NCBI RefSeq assembly: GCF_000737315.1
Contig: NZ_JMCB01000003.1
Span: 558,001 to 622,000 of the forward strand
DNA: 64,000 nt
From: Hyalangium minutum
GTDB lineage: Bacteria; Myxococcota; Myxococcia; Myxococcales; Myxococcaceae
Direction: 5' to 3'
Shown here: positions 27,524 through 38,778 of the stretch, one piece after another
Layout of the letters: each line of letters begins with the position of its first letter
Numbering within the stretch: position 1 is the stretch's first letter
Notes under the pieces: model-generated
Seen by the model: only the letters and a program-made list of their open reading frames with translations
Told to the model about the DNA's origin: nothing
Database searches by the model: none
Program-made: the position numbers and the translations under genes

Positions 27524-28141
27524 ATGGGGATCGCAGAGCGAAGGCAGCGGCAGAAAGGGCAACTGCGCGAGCAGATCCTCGCGGCCGCTCGGGACATCGT
27601 GCTGAAGGAGGGTTTTCGCGCCCTGTCGATGCGCAAGCTGGCGGACGCGGTGGAATACGCCCCGGCCACGCTCTACCTGCACTTCAAGAACCGGGATGAG
27701 ATCGCCCAGGAGCTGAGCGCGCGGGGGTTTCAGGAACTGTGGACCTTCCTGGCGCCTGCGGCCTCCTCGCCGGATCCAGAGGCGCGCTTGCGCGCGGCGG
27801 CCCAGCGCTACCTGCAATTCGGCGTGAGCAACCCGGAGACCTACCGGCTGCTCTTCATGGAGGATCCGGAGATCACCAGCGCGGTGCTCCGCAGCACTCC
27901 CAAGGAGGGCGGCGAGCAATCCTTCCGTCTCCTCGTGGAAGCTTTCGAGGCGCTCCAAGCCGAGGGGCGTCTGGTGCCTGGCGCGGATCCTCAGCGGCTG
28001 ACAGAGATTTTCTGGGCGGGGCTCCATGGGGTGGTGAGCCTCAAGCTGACGTGCAAGGACTTCCTGACGACCCCCATGGAGGTGCTCTCCGAGCACATGA
28101 TCCGCGCGCTGTTGAGCGGGATGCTCCAGCCCCCTCGTTGA
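27524..28141 (+). CDS. TetR/AcrR family transcriptional regulator (WHG-like C-terminus)
   Basis: ILAAARDIVLKEGFRALSMRKLADAVEYAPATLYLHFKNRDEI HTH; FWAGLHG. Confidence 0.92.
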   Translation: MGIAERRQRQKGQLREQILAAARDIVLKEGFRALSMRKLADAVEYAPATLYLHFKNRDEIAQELSARGFQELWTFLAPAASSPDPEARLRAAAQRYLQFGVSNPETYRLLFMEDPEITSAVLRSTPKEGGEQSFRLLVEAFEALQAEGRLVPGADPQRLTEIFWAGLHGVVSLKLTCKDFLTTPMEVLSEHMIRALLSGMLQPPR

Positions 28142-28213
28142 GAGGACAGGCGAGCCCATGCCCTGTGCTTTGGGAGTCCCCTGCCCCTCCCGAGACCCGC
28201 TACGCTGGAGGCC

Positions 28214-28924
28214 GTGAGCGAGTACGTCACCCACCGCGACGCGCTGACAGGTCCCCGGCTGGAGGCCCTCCGGGAGGCCCTGCTCGCGTCACGCTTCGTA
28301 GCGCGCAGCCCGCTCATGGGGTCGTTCCAGGCCAGCAAGGGCTTCGCCTTCATCTTCACCGAGGCGGGCAAGGCCACGCTGCTGGAGCGCTTCCCCTTCC
28401 TCGCGGACTACCTCTCTCTGGTGATGGAGCCGAGGACGACACGGGGCCTGCTGCCCTGGCGCGAGCGCCTCTTCGGCCCGAGCTCAGAGCGGCTCCGCCC
28501 CAATGCCTTCTACTTGAACCTGCTGCTGCTCGAGGCTGGCAAGGGTGTGGGGCGGCACATCGACGCCACGCTGTCGGACCCCAGTGGCGTCCGGAACGCG
28601 GTCCCCGAGCATGTCAGCGTGCTCTACCTCACGGTGCCTTCGGGCGTTCAAGGTGGCTCGCTGCACCTGCTGCGTGAAGATCAGCTGGTGGGCAGTGTCC
28701 GTCCTCGGCCCGGGCTCCTCGTGCAGTTTCGTGGGGACCTTCAGCACGAGGTCGAGCCCTTCACGGGCGGCGAAGCGGGAGCGGTTCGCGCGAGCCTCGT
28801 CTGCGAACAGTACGCGTTCGGCTCGGAGGCGCTGGCGCGCATCCCCATGTTCCGGATCCAGTCCAAGGCGGGCTTCGCGGCCTACCTGGATGCGCACCGC
28901 GATCGCGAAGCGGCCACGCCCTGA
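28214..28924 (+). CDS. 2OG-Fe(II) oxygenase superfamily protein
   Basis: H-x-D (RHIDATL), distal His (LQHEV) and 2OG-binding R-x-S (VRASLV); GTG start. Confidence 0.78.
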   Translation: MSEYVTHRDALTGPRLEALREALLASRFVARSPLMGSFQASKGFAFIFTEAGKATLLERFPFLADYLSLVMEPRTTRGLLPWRERLFGPSSERLRPNAFYLNLLLLEAGKGVGRHIDATLSDPSGVRNAVPEHVSVLYLTVPSGVQGGSLHLLREDQLVGSVRPRPGLLVQFRGDLQHEVEPFTGGEAGAVRASLVCEQYAFGSEALARIPMFRIQSKAGFAAYLDAHRDREAATP

Positions 28925-28947
28925 TCCCTGAGTCAGCGCCAAAGACA

Positions 28948-28979
28948 AAGCCGGCGCCCCTTTTCAGGAGCGCCGGCTT
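28948..28979. terminator. Likely bidirectional terminator between the oxygenase and the tRNA genes
   Basis: 10-bp arms aagccggcgc / gcgccggctt. Confidence 0.7.
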
Positions 28980-28984
28980 CTTGA

Positions 28985-29059
<75 letters not shown>

Positions 29060-29087
29060 ATAACCTTTGTGACTCTGAGTAGAACGA

Positions 29088-29123
29088 CGGAGGCCCTTCC
29101 AGTTATTTCCGGAAGGGCCTCCG
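29088..29123. other. Stem-loop in the inter-tRNA spacer
   Basis: 13-bp perfect arms cggaggcccttcc / ggaagggcctccg with a 10-nt loop. Confidence 0.7.
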
Positions 29124-29132
29124 GTGCTTCCA

Positions 29133-29207
<75 letters not shown>

Positions 29208-29221
29208 GCAAAAGCGGGAGG

Positions 29222-29260
29222 GTAAGTACCGCCCTCCCCCTGGTGCGTCAACACCTTTTT
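29222..29260 (-). promoter_or_regulatory. Possible sigma70 promoter of the tRNA pair
   Basis: A-tract, then TTGACG (-35; plus-strand 29246-29251), 17 bp, then a weak -10 TACTTA just upstream of the tRNA. Confidence 0.35.
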
Positions 29261-29274
29261 CCGGAGCCCACTCC

Positions 29275-31347
29275 TCAGACCTTCTTGTTCTTCAACAGGT
29301 CCGCGAGCGTGCCGAATCCCTTGCCGCCACCGCCCTGGGGCTTCTGGGTCTTCTGCCAGGCGTCGAGCTCCGCGCGCTCCTCCGCACGCTCGGCCGCGGT
29401 GACGGACAGGCGAATCTTCCCGGACGCGTCGATGTCCAGGATGGCCACCTTCACGTCCTGGCCGAGCGAGAAGACCTTGCGCAGATCCGTGCCGCGATCC
29501 GTGCCCGTCTCAGCGGCCGGCAGGAGCCCCTTGCCACCGGGGAACTGCAGGAACACGCCGTAGGGCTCGATGCGGTCGACCTTGCCCACGACCACCTGGC
29601 CCACCTTCGGGCGCGGAGCGGCGGGCTCGGCCGGCTTGGCGGCCTTGGCCTCGGCGGCCGGGCGCTCCTCGGGAGGACGCTGCGCATCCTCCTCGGAGAT
29701 CTTCCGCAGGCCGATGCGCTTCTCGTTCGGGTCGATCTTCTCGACCACGACCCAGATCACCTCGCCCTCCTTCACCACGTCGCGCGGGTGCGCGATGCGG
29801 CGATCCGAGAGCGCGGAGATGTGCACCAGGCCATCCACGCCCGGCTTCAGCTCCACGAACGCGCCGAACGCCTGCAGGCGGACGACCTTGCCCTGGAGCC
29901 GGTCGCCCTCCTTGATGGAGGCCAGCGCCGCCTTGAAGGGATCCTCCTGGCGCGAGCGCAGGGACAGCGTGATGCGCTCCTTGTGCTTGGCCTTGTCCGG
30001 CGAGTTCGGCTGGGCGGCCTCGAGGCGGATGATCTCCACCTCCAGCTCGTCGCCCACCTTCACCACCTCGCTCGGGTGGCCGATGCGCACGTGAGACATC
30101 TCGGAGACGGGGATCATGCCCTCCACGCCGCCCAGATCCACGAAGGCGCCGAAGTCGCGCACGCCGGTGACCTTGCCCTTGACGACCTTGCCCTCGGACA
30201 GCGTCTTCCGGGTCTGGTCCGCCAGCTTCTTCTGCTCCTCCTCGAGGAGCGAGCGGCGCGACAGCACCACGTTCCGGTCCCGCACCTCGGTGACACGGAA
30301 CGTCAGCTTCTCGCCGATGAACTGATCCGGCTTCTCCACGAAGCGGATGTCCAGCTGGCTGATGGGGCAGAACGCGCGCACGTCGCCGATGGCGACCTCG
30401 ACGCCGCCCTTGTTCACGCTGAGGACCATGCCCTCCACCGGCATGCCCGACGCGCGAGCCTCGGCCAGCATGGCCATGTTCGCGTTGCCCTTGGTCAGGG
30501 CCCGGCTCAGCTGGATGCCGCGAGCGCCCGCCTCGATGACGTGCGCCTCGAGCGTGTCACCCACGCCGTAGCGCAGGATGCCCTCGTCGTCCTTCAGCTC
30601 GCGCAGGTCGATCATCGCCTCGCTCTTGACGCCGTCGAGCGACACGAAGGCCGTATCCGCGCCGAGCTGGAAGATCTTGCCCGTCACCTTCTCGCCCACG
30701 CGCACGCTGCGCCGGGTGGGGACGTTGCCGTCCTTCACCTGCGCCTCGAACATCTCCGCGAAGGACTCGCTCTCGGGCACGTCCTCATAGAGGGCGCTGC
30801 TCGGAGCCGGGACCGGCGCCGGACGCGGCGTGGGAGCCGGCGTCGGAGCCACGGGGGCCTCGGCGGCCGAAGCCTCAGCGGCCGCAGTCGTCTCCGCAGA
30901 CGTCGCCGTGGACGCGGCGGGCTGCTCGCCCACCGGGCCGCGCGTCTCGATGACGCCCGACGCACGTTTCACGACGACCATGGGGCCCGAAGGCTTGCGC
31001 TCACCGCCACCGCGGCGCTCGCCACCCCCTCCGCTGCCACCGCCTCCGCCGCCACGAGGGCCGCGATCCCGGTCACCCCGGGGCCGCCGGTCCTCACGAG
31101 GACCCGCGGCGGACGCACCCCCCGCCTCACCCTCGGGGCGCGGCGGACGAGCCTCGCGGTCGCCTCCCTTGCGGTCAGGACCGCCACGGCCCCGGTCTCC
31201 ACCCCGGTCGCCGCCGCGATCACCCCCACGGCCGCCCTCGCGCTCACCGGCGCGGCCCGCGGGGATACCGAGCATCACGTCACCGAAGGTGGCCTTGGGC
31301 TTCTTCGGACCAAAACCACCTGCTCCACCGCTCTTCTCGTCGCTCAC
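29275..31347 (-). CDS. S1 RNA-binding domain protein (RpsA-like, five S1 domains) with a long disordered N-terminus
   Basis: Five S1 repeats (e.g. VKGKVTGVRDFGAFVDLGGVEGMIPVSEM; GKVVRLQAFGAFVELKPGVDGLVHISAL); about 190-aa RGG/Pro/Ala-rich N-terminus. Confidence 0.88.
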   Translation of the reverse strand: MSDEKSGGAGGFGPKKPKATFGDVMLGIPAGRAGEREGGRGGDRGGDRGGDRGRGGPDRKGGDREARPPRPEGEAGGASAAGPREDRRPRGDRDRGPRGGGGGGSGGGGERRGGGERKPSGPMVVVKRASGVIETRGPVGEQPAASTATSAETTAAAEASAAEAPVAPTPAPTPRPAPVPAPSSALYEDVPESESFAEMFEAQVKDGNVPTRRSVRVGEKVTGKIFQLGADTAFVSLDGVKSEAMIDLRELKDDEGILRYGVGDTLEAHVIEAGARGIQLSRALTKGNANMAMLAEARASGMPVEGMVLSVNKGGVEVAIGDVRAFCPISQLDIRFVEKPDQFIGEKLTFRVTEVRDRNVVLSRRSLLEEEQKKLADQTRKTLSEGKVVKGKVTGVRDFGAFVDLGGVEGMIPVSEMSHVRIGHPSEVVKVGDELEVEIIRLEAAQPNSPDKAKHKERITLSLRSRQEDPFKAALASIKEGDRLQGKVVRLQAFGAFVELKPGVDGLVHISALSDRRIAHPRDVVKEGEVIWVVVEKIDPNEKRIGLRKISEEDAQRPPEERPAAEAKAAKPAEPAAPRPKVGQVVVGKVDRIEPYGVFLQFPGGKGLLPAAETGTDRGTDLRKVFSLGQDVKVAILDIDASGKIRLSVTAAERAEERAELDAWQKTQKPQGGGGKGFGTLADLLKNKKV

Positions 31348-31565
31348 TGCCGAGACCTTCCTGAAGGAAATCCTGGCCAGGTTTCAGGCAAAACCGGGCT
31401 CCTGAAAAAGGCGGCGCACTCTACACGCGCTCAACGCCGGGACGGAAGACGCTTGCGGCCTTCTTTCGCAAACACCCCATCCGCTGCTTAACGCGCCGCG
31501 CCCACCGTCCCATCCCCAACCCCCACTTTTGAGGCTGCCTGGCTGCCCTCCCGAGAGCGCCCAGG

Positions 31566-33266
31566 CTAGCGCCCCAGAAGCCTCCGCGCCCGGCGGAAGA
31601 CGGCCTGTGCCTGGGGCAGGCCCATGGCGGCCGTGAGAGCGAAATAGATGATGCCGTAGGGGGCGACGACGGCCAGGAAGGTCACCACCGAGGGCAGCGC
31701 CGGAGGGGCCAGCAGGCTCCCACCCCACTCCTCCGCCACCCCCAGCATGGGCCCCCGGAGCGAAGTCAGGGCGGCCTTGACGCCCAGGGCCACCACGCCC
31801 GCCACGGCGGCGGCGCCCCAGAGCTTCGGCAGCAGGCCCGGAGGTGGACCTACATGGCCTCCAATGCGGCGGGCCAGGCTCCGGCGCAGCAGAAAGGCCT
31901 CCACCCAGGCCACCAAGCCGCTCGCCACGGTGATGAAGGCGGCGCCCAGGTGCCGGGGCAGCCCCAGCCACTCCGGCAGGTACAGGCCGAGCCCCCAGGC
32001 CATGAGCGCCCCCAGGCCCACCCGGACGATGGCGAAGCGCAGCGGGGTGCTGGGGTCCTTCAGGGCATAGAAGGCGGAAGAGTACAAGCGGCCCACCGTG
32101 GCAGACACCAGCCCCACGGCCGAGCCCATCAGCAGGTACCAGACATAGCGGGAGTCCGCCGGGGTGAACCGGCCTGTCTGGAGGAGTGTGGCCGCCACGA
32201 CATCGCCCAGGAGCAGGAAGGCGGTGGCGGACGGCACCACGAAGAAGGCCACGCGGCGGGCACCCGCCTCGATGCGCTCGCGGAGCTTGGCGTTGACCTC
32301 CTCTGTGGCGCCACCGGTGGCGCGGGACATCTCTGGCAGCTCGGCGGCGGACACCGCCATGCCGAAGAGGCTCACAGGGATGAGGTAGATGGTCTGCGCA
32401 TAGAAGAGCGAGGACAGGGCCCGCTCGGACAGCAGCGAGGCCACGGCCGTGTCCACATAGGCGCTGATCTGCACCACGCCTCGGCCGATGACCACGGGGA
32501 CGAAGCTGCGCAGCACCCGGCGAACGGACTCGCTGGCCACGGAGAGCGAGGGCCGGAACTTCCCCAGCAGCCGCATCACCGAGGGCACCTGCACGGCGAA
32601 CTGCAGGAAGCTTCCGGCCACCACCGCGTACGCCAGCAGCTCCGCCAGCCGCTCCTCGCCCACCCGGCCGCCCATCACCACCAGCGTGCCGATCAGCACC
32701 AGGTTCCACACCACCGGCGCCAGATAGGACAGCAGGAAGCGGCGGTGACTATTGAGGATGCCCAGGCACCACGCCGACAGCACCAGCAGCCCCGTGCCCG
32801 GGAAGACGATGCGCACCAGCTGGATGGCCAGGGCCCGGGACTCGCCCTCGAAGCCGGGGGCAATGGCGTCCACGAACAAGGGCGTGGCCAGCATGCCCGC
32901 CGCCACGAACAGGCTGGTGGCCAGCGCCATCAGTCCGAAGATGGCCCCCGCCAGCCGATCCGCCTCCTCCTGGTTCTTCTGCCCCAGCAGCTGGGCGTAG
33001 ACCGGGATGAAGGAGCCGGACAGCACGCCCTCGCCGAACAGGTTCTGCAGGAAGTTGGGGATGCGAAGTGCCGCCTTGAAGACAGCGGCGGCCTCGGCGT
33101 TGCCCAGGTAGTGCGCGAAGACGCGCTCCCGCACCAGACCCATGAGGCGCGAGGCCAGGATCCCCGCAGCGACGAAGAGGGCACCCCGGCCGCTTCCCGG
33201 CTCGGACTTCTTCGCGGGGACTTCGGGCGGTGGGGGAAGGTTCTGACCTGGCACGGAGGCAGTCAA
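31566..33266 (-). CDS. murJ: Lipid II flippase MurJ (MviN)
   Basis: SRLMGLVRE, AAAVFKAALRIPNFLQNLFGEGVLSGSFIPVY; many TM helices. Confidence 0.94.
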   Translation of the reverse strand: MTASVPGQNLPPPPEVPAKKSEPGSGRGALFVAAGILASRLMGLVRERVFAHYLGNAEAAAVFKAALRIPNFLQNLFGEGVLSGSFIPVYAQLLGQKNQEEADRLAGAIFGLMALATSLFVAAGMLATPLFVDAIAPGFEGESRALAIQLVRIVFPGTGLLVLSAWCLGILNSHRRFLLSYLAPVVWNLVLIGTLVVMGGRVGEERLAELLAYAVVAGSFLQFAVQVPSVMRLLGKFRPSLSVASESVRRVLRSFVPVVIGRGVVQISAYVDTAVASLLSERALSSLFYAQTIYLIPVSLFGMAVSAAELPEMSRATGGATEEVNAKLRERIEAGARRVAFFVVPSATAFLLLGDVVAATLLQTGRFTPADSRYVWYLLMGSAVGLVSATVGRLYSSAFYALKDPSTPLRFAIVRVGLGALMAWGLGLYLPEWLGLPRHLGAAFITVASGLVAWVEAFLLRRSLARRIGGHVGPPPGLLPKLWGAAAVAGVVALGVKAALTSLRGPMLGVAEEWGGSLLAPPALPSVVTFLAVVAPYGIIYFALTAAMGLPQAQAVFRRARRLLGR

Positions 33267-33373
33267 AGAGGCGGCGCAATCTACGCGGGACGTTCACCTC
33301 CATGAAGCAAGAAGACAGCCCTCCACTGTTTTCCTTGACGGTGCCCCAGGCAGGCCGCAATGGTCCCCCCCCG

Positions 33374-33880
33374 ATGGCTGGGTCCTCCGACAATGATCTC
33401 CTGAATGACGTCGCTCGCATCCGTCGCGTGTTGGCGCGCGAGCTGGAGACCATCAATGAATACGAGGCCTTTGCCCAGGCCTCCTCCCACCCCGAGGTCC
33501 GCGCTTTCTTCGCCCACCTGGCCGCCGAGGAGAAGGAGCACGTCGCCGAGGCCACCCAGATGCTGCGCATGCTGGACGCGGGGCAGGACGCCCACTTCGC
33601 CAACCCCATCGCGCCGGGTCACTTCCAGAAGGCTGTCGGTGCCCCCTCTGTCCCGTCGCCTGCACCCTCGCCTGCTTCTTCTGTCCCCTCGCCTGCTGCC
33701 GCCGTGTCGGGAGCCAACGGGGGCCGCCTTGTCGTTGAGCCTGTTTCCACCCTTCCCCCCCACCGCGTCATCTACGGCCTGACCGCTCCACCCTCCGAGA
33801 ATGCCTACCCGCTCACCGTGGGATCGCTCAGGCGATCCGGCGGTACGGGGGGCGGCGGTGGCCGGGGCGGCGCTCGCTGA
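33374..33880 (+). CDS. encB: Encapsulin cargo ferritin-like protein (EncB-like)
   Basis: ARELETINEYE...EEKEHVAE ferroxidase motifs; targeting peptide LTVGSLRR at 33812-33835; start MAGSSDND at 33374. Confidence 0.92.
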   Translation: MAGSSDNDLLNDVARIRRVLARELETINEYEAFAQASSHPEVRAFFAHLAAEEKEHVAEATQMLRMLDAGQDAHFANPIAPGHFQKAVGAPSVPSPAPSPASSVPSPAAAVSGANGGRLVVEPVSTLPPHRVIYGLTAPPSENAYPLTVGSLRRSGGTGGGGGRGGAR

Positions 33881-33906
33881 CGATTCCTCCTTAGAGGAGC
33901 TTGCCG

Positions 33907-34773
33907 ATGCCTGACTTCCTTGGACATGCCGAGAACCCCCTCCGCGAGGAGGAGTGGGCCCGCCTCAATGAGACCGTCATCCAGGTCGCGCGCCGCTCGC
34001 TGGTGGGCCGCCGCATCCTGGACATCTATGGACCGCTCGGTGCGGGCGTGCAGACCGTGCCCCATGACGAGTACCAGGGCGTCTCCCCTGGCGCGGTGGA
34101 CATCGTCGGCGAGCAGGAGACGGCCACCGTCTTCACTGATGCGCGCAAGTTCAAGACGATCCCCATCATCTATAAGGACTTCCTGCTGCACTGGCGCGAC
34201 ATCGAGGCGGCCCGCATCCACAACATGCCGCTCGATGTGTCCGCCGCCGCTGGCGCCGCCGCCCTCTGCGCCCAGCAGGAAGACGAGCTGATCTTCTACG
34301 GAGACCCGCGGCTCGGCCACGAGGGCCTGATGACGGCCACGGGCCGGCTCACCGTGCCGCTCGGCGACTGGACGCACCCGGGCGCCGGCTACATGGCCAT
34401 CGTCGAGGCCACCCGGAAGCTCAACGAGCACGGCCACTACGGCCCCTATGCCGTGGTGCTCTCGCCGCGCCTGTTCTCCCTGCTCCACCGCATCTACGAG
34501 AAGACCGGCGTGCTGGAGATCGAGACCATCCGCCAGCTCGCCGCGGATGGCGTCTTCCAGTCCAACCGCCTGCGAGGCGAGGCGGGCGTGGTGGTGTCCA
34601 CCGGCCGCGAGAACATGGACCTGGCCGTGGCCATGGACATGGTCACCTCGTACCTGGGCGCCTCCCGGATGAACCACCCGTTCCGCGTGCTCGAGGCACT
34701 CATCCTGCGCATCAAGCACCCGGACTCCATCTGCACGCTCGAGGGCGGAGCCACCGCTCCTCCGCGCAAGTAG
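33907..34773 (+). CDS. encA: Family 1 encapsulin shell protein (EncA)
   Basis: MPDFLGHAENPLREEEWARLNETVIQVARRSLVGRRILDIYGPLGAG, as in M. xanthus EncA; AGAGGAG RBS. Confidence 0.95.
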   Translation: MPDFLGHAENPLREEEWARLNETVIQVARRSLVGRRILDIYGPLGAGVQTVPHDEYQGVSPGAVDIVGEQETATVFTDARKFKTIPIIYKDFLLHWRDIEAARIHNMPLDVSAAAGAAALCAQQEDELIFYGDPRLGHEGLMTATGRLTVPLGDWTHPGAGYMAIVEATRKLNEHGHYGPYAVVLSPRLFSLLHRIYEKTGVLEIETIRQLAADGVFQSNRLRGEAGVVVSTGRENMDLAVAMDMVTSYLGASRMNHPFRVLEALILRIKHPDSICTLEGGATAPPRK

Positions 34774-34783
34774 CCTGAAAGCC

Positions 34784-36241
<1,458 letters not shown>

Positions 36242-36307
36242 ACCCGAAATAACGCCGCGATCGCGACGGTTTCGGCCCCGCGTACCGCTCGACCTCAGGG
36301 AGCCTGC

Positions 36308-37357
36308 ATGCGGCCGTCTCTACCCACTCTTGGTGCCCCCCCGAAGCGGAGCCGGACCGGCTCTGTCGTCTTCGTCTCGCTGCTCCTGGGCGGCGCCGCG
36401 GGAGGCGCCTATTGGTGGAAGCAGAACAAGGGCGCCCTGCCCTTCCAGTCGCCGCCTCCTGCCGCTGTCGCCGAGGCCTCTCCCTCCGCCGCCAACCCGG
36501 CTGCTGTCCAGGCACCCACTCCGCCTCCGGCGCCGGTGGATCCCCTCACCGCTGCGGGCCTGTCTCGCGTCTCGGTGAAGATCGACGGGCCGCTGGAGAC
36601 GGCGCTCGTGCAGGCCTCGGATCCCTCCGTGGGCCCCGCGTTGGCGCAGGTGGTGACGCGCACCCTCGTGTGGTGGGTGCGAGTGCCCAACGAGATCCTC
36701 CGGGGCGACACCCTCGACGTGCTCTACCAGCTCCGCCCCAATGAGGAGCCGCTCGTGCACGCCGTGCGCTTCACCAGCGGCAAGACGGGCAAGACGCACA
36801 GCGCCTACCGCTTCCAGGCCCCGGGCGACGGGTACGCTCGCTTCTTCCTGCCCACCGGCGAGGAGATGGAGGAGCGCCTGGAGCACTCGCCCCTGGATGA
36901 CTTCGAGCAGGTGACGTCCCTGCTGCGTGATGGCCGCGGCCACAAGGGCGTGGACTTCAAGGCCGCCGTGGGCTCGCCCGTGAAGGCCCCCTTTACCGGC
37001 GTCGTCAAGCGCAAGAACTGGAACTTTGGCAGCAACGGCAACTGCCTGGAGCTGGAGGAGGTTGGCGGAAAGCGCCGGCGTGCGCTCTTCCTCCACCTCT
37101 CGGAGCTGCCCAAGAGCCTCAAGCCCGGGGCGCGCTTCTCCACGGGCCAAGTGCTCGCGCAGAGCGGCAACAGCGGCCGTTCCTTTGCTCCGCACCTGCA
37201 CTACCAGCTCATGACGCAGGACGATCGGGTGATGGACCCCTTCGACAGCCACCGCACGTTCCGGCGCACCCTGTCCGCCGACCAGAAGTCCTCGCTGGAG
37301 GCGGAGGTCCGGCGAATGGACTCACTGCTCGGCTCGGCAGTGGCATCTGGGAACTGA
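36308..37357 (+). CDS. M23 family metallopeptidase (membrane anchored)
   Basis: N-terminal TM helix; HKGVDF and PHLHY zinc motifs. Confidence 0.88.
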   Translation: MRPSLPTLGAPPKRSRTGSVVFVSLLLGGAAGGAYWWKQNKGALPFQSPPPAAVAEASPSAANPAAVQAPTPPPAPVDPLTAAGLSRVSVKIDGPLETALVQASDPSVGPALAQVVTRTLVWWVRVPNEILRGDTLDVLYQLRPNEEPLVHAVRFTSGKTGKTHSAYRFQAPGDGYARFFLPTGEEMEERLEHSPLDDFEQVTSLLRDGRGHKGVDFKAAVGSPVKAPFTGVVKRKNWNFGSNGNCLELEEVGGKRRRALFLHLSELPKSLKPGARFSTGQVLAQSGNSGRSFAPHLHYQLMTQDDRVMDPFDSHRTFRRTLSADQKSSLEAEVRRMDSLLGSAVASGN

Positions 37358-37512
37358 GCCCACCCATTTCTTGACACCCCTGCACATGACGGCTAGCGTC
37401 CCTGGTAATTTCTCAACAGTTCTCAGGGGTTAGGCCACCGCAGTCCGCAGTCCCGAAGGGGGCTGCCTGCATCCGCGGGCCCTGAGAGCCACTAGGGTTC
37501 TTCGGAGGTCGG

Positions 37513-38766
37513 ATGTTCAGGCTTCGCGCCGTTCTCGCCGCGCTGCTGTTCGGCGCCCCGCTGGCCGCAAACGCCGCGGAGATCACTCGGATCGCTTCCT
37601 CGTTCGACGAGGACGATCCGTTCGATCTCATCCTCGACGCCAAGTTCCACCGGACGCAGACGCACACGAAGATCGTCCGCGAGGAGCTCACGGGTACGCA
37701 GGGGCTCATTGAGCGGCCCGAGGTCTGGCACAAGGGCTCCGACACGCGGCTCGACATCAACCTGGCGATCGGTCTCTACAAGGACTTCGAGTTCTCGTTC
37801 GGGATCCCCATCGTTCTGCAACAGAACGACAACTACGCGTTCACCTCCGCGACGAGCGAATCAACCTCCACCATCATCAAAAACACCCTGAACCCGGACG
37901 GCACCCAGCGGGATACCCCGCTGACTCTGTTCCCCATCGACTCCAACGATCCCAGAAAGCGTGGAGGCCTGGGCAACATGCGCTTCGGCATGGCCTACGC
38001 CTTCTTCAACCAGAACCGGGACGACACCAAGCCGATGTGGATTGTTGGCCTGGACTACGAGGCGCCCACCGCGAAGCTGCGCGATCCGAGCCAGGACAAC
38101 CGGGATTCGGTCGGCACCCGCGGCAACGTGGGCGATCGCGTCCACAAGTACACCTTGTACACGTCCTTCTCGCGGAAGGTGGGCGTGGCGGATCCGTACT
38201 TCAAGGTGCACTACACGATCCCGGTGCAGGGCCCGGGCATCTACTCGAATTGCTTCAACTTGGAGTCCCAAGGCACGCCCGGCAACTGCTTCACCGGGAA
38301 GTGGAGCCGCAAGGAGACGGGCATCCAGGCTCCCACGGTGGCGGGCATCGTCACGGGCGCCGAGTTCACCGCGTTCAGCGACAAGACCAAGTCCCAGAAG
38401 TTCGCGCTGGATATCCGCGCCATCGGCACCTACATCGGCGAGGGCCGCTACTACAACGAGCTGAGCGCGGCCCTGGGCAAGCTGCTGGCCACCCAGGAGT
38501 ACTTCCAGATCGGCGGCCAGTTCGGCGCCACGGCGAGCGCGGGCGAGGCCTTCACCCTGCGCGCCTCGGGCACGTTCCTCTACAACACGGACCACGGGCT
38601 CACCAACGAGGACCTGGGCGTGAAGCCGGAGGAGTTCAGCGATCCGTCGAAGAAGCAGGACATCAACCCGAACTTCGACTTCCGCTACGATCTGGTGTCC
38701 CGGCGCTTCCGGGCGGTGGAGAGCACCAGCTTCCGGCTGGAGCTGTCCGCAGCGTTCGCGTTCTGA
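37513..38766 (+). CDS. Secreted protein, putative outer-membrane beta-barrel
   Basis: Signal peptide ending ANA-A; alternating aromatic beta-strand pattern; C-terminal ...LELSAAFAF (terminal Phe). Confidence 0.6.
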   Translation: MFRLRAVLAALLFGAPLAANAAEITRIASSFDEDDPFDLILDAKFHRTQTHTKIVREELTGTQGLIERPEVWHKGSDTRLDINLAIGLYKDFEFSFGIPIVLQQNDNYAFTSATSESTSTIIKNTLNPDGTQRDTPLTLFPIDSNDPRKRGGLGNMRFGMAYAFFNQNRDDTKPMWIVGLDYEAPTAKLRDPSQDNRDSVGTRGNVGDRVHKYTLYTSFSRKVGVADPYFKVHYTIPVQGPGIYSNCFNLESQGTPGNCFTGKWSRKETGIQAPTVAGIVTGAEFTAFSDKTKSQKFALDIRAIGTYIGEGRYYNELSAALGKLLATQEYFQIGGQFGATASAGEAFTLRASGTFLYNTDHGLTNEDLGVKPEEFSDPSKKQDINPNFDFRYDLVSRRFRAVESTSFRLELSAAFAF

Positions 38767-38778
38767 TTCCGAAGTCCC

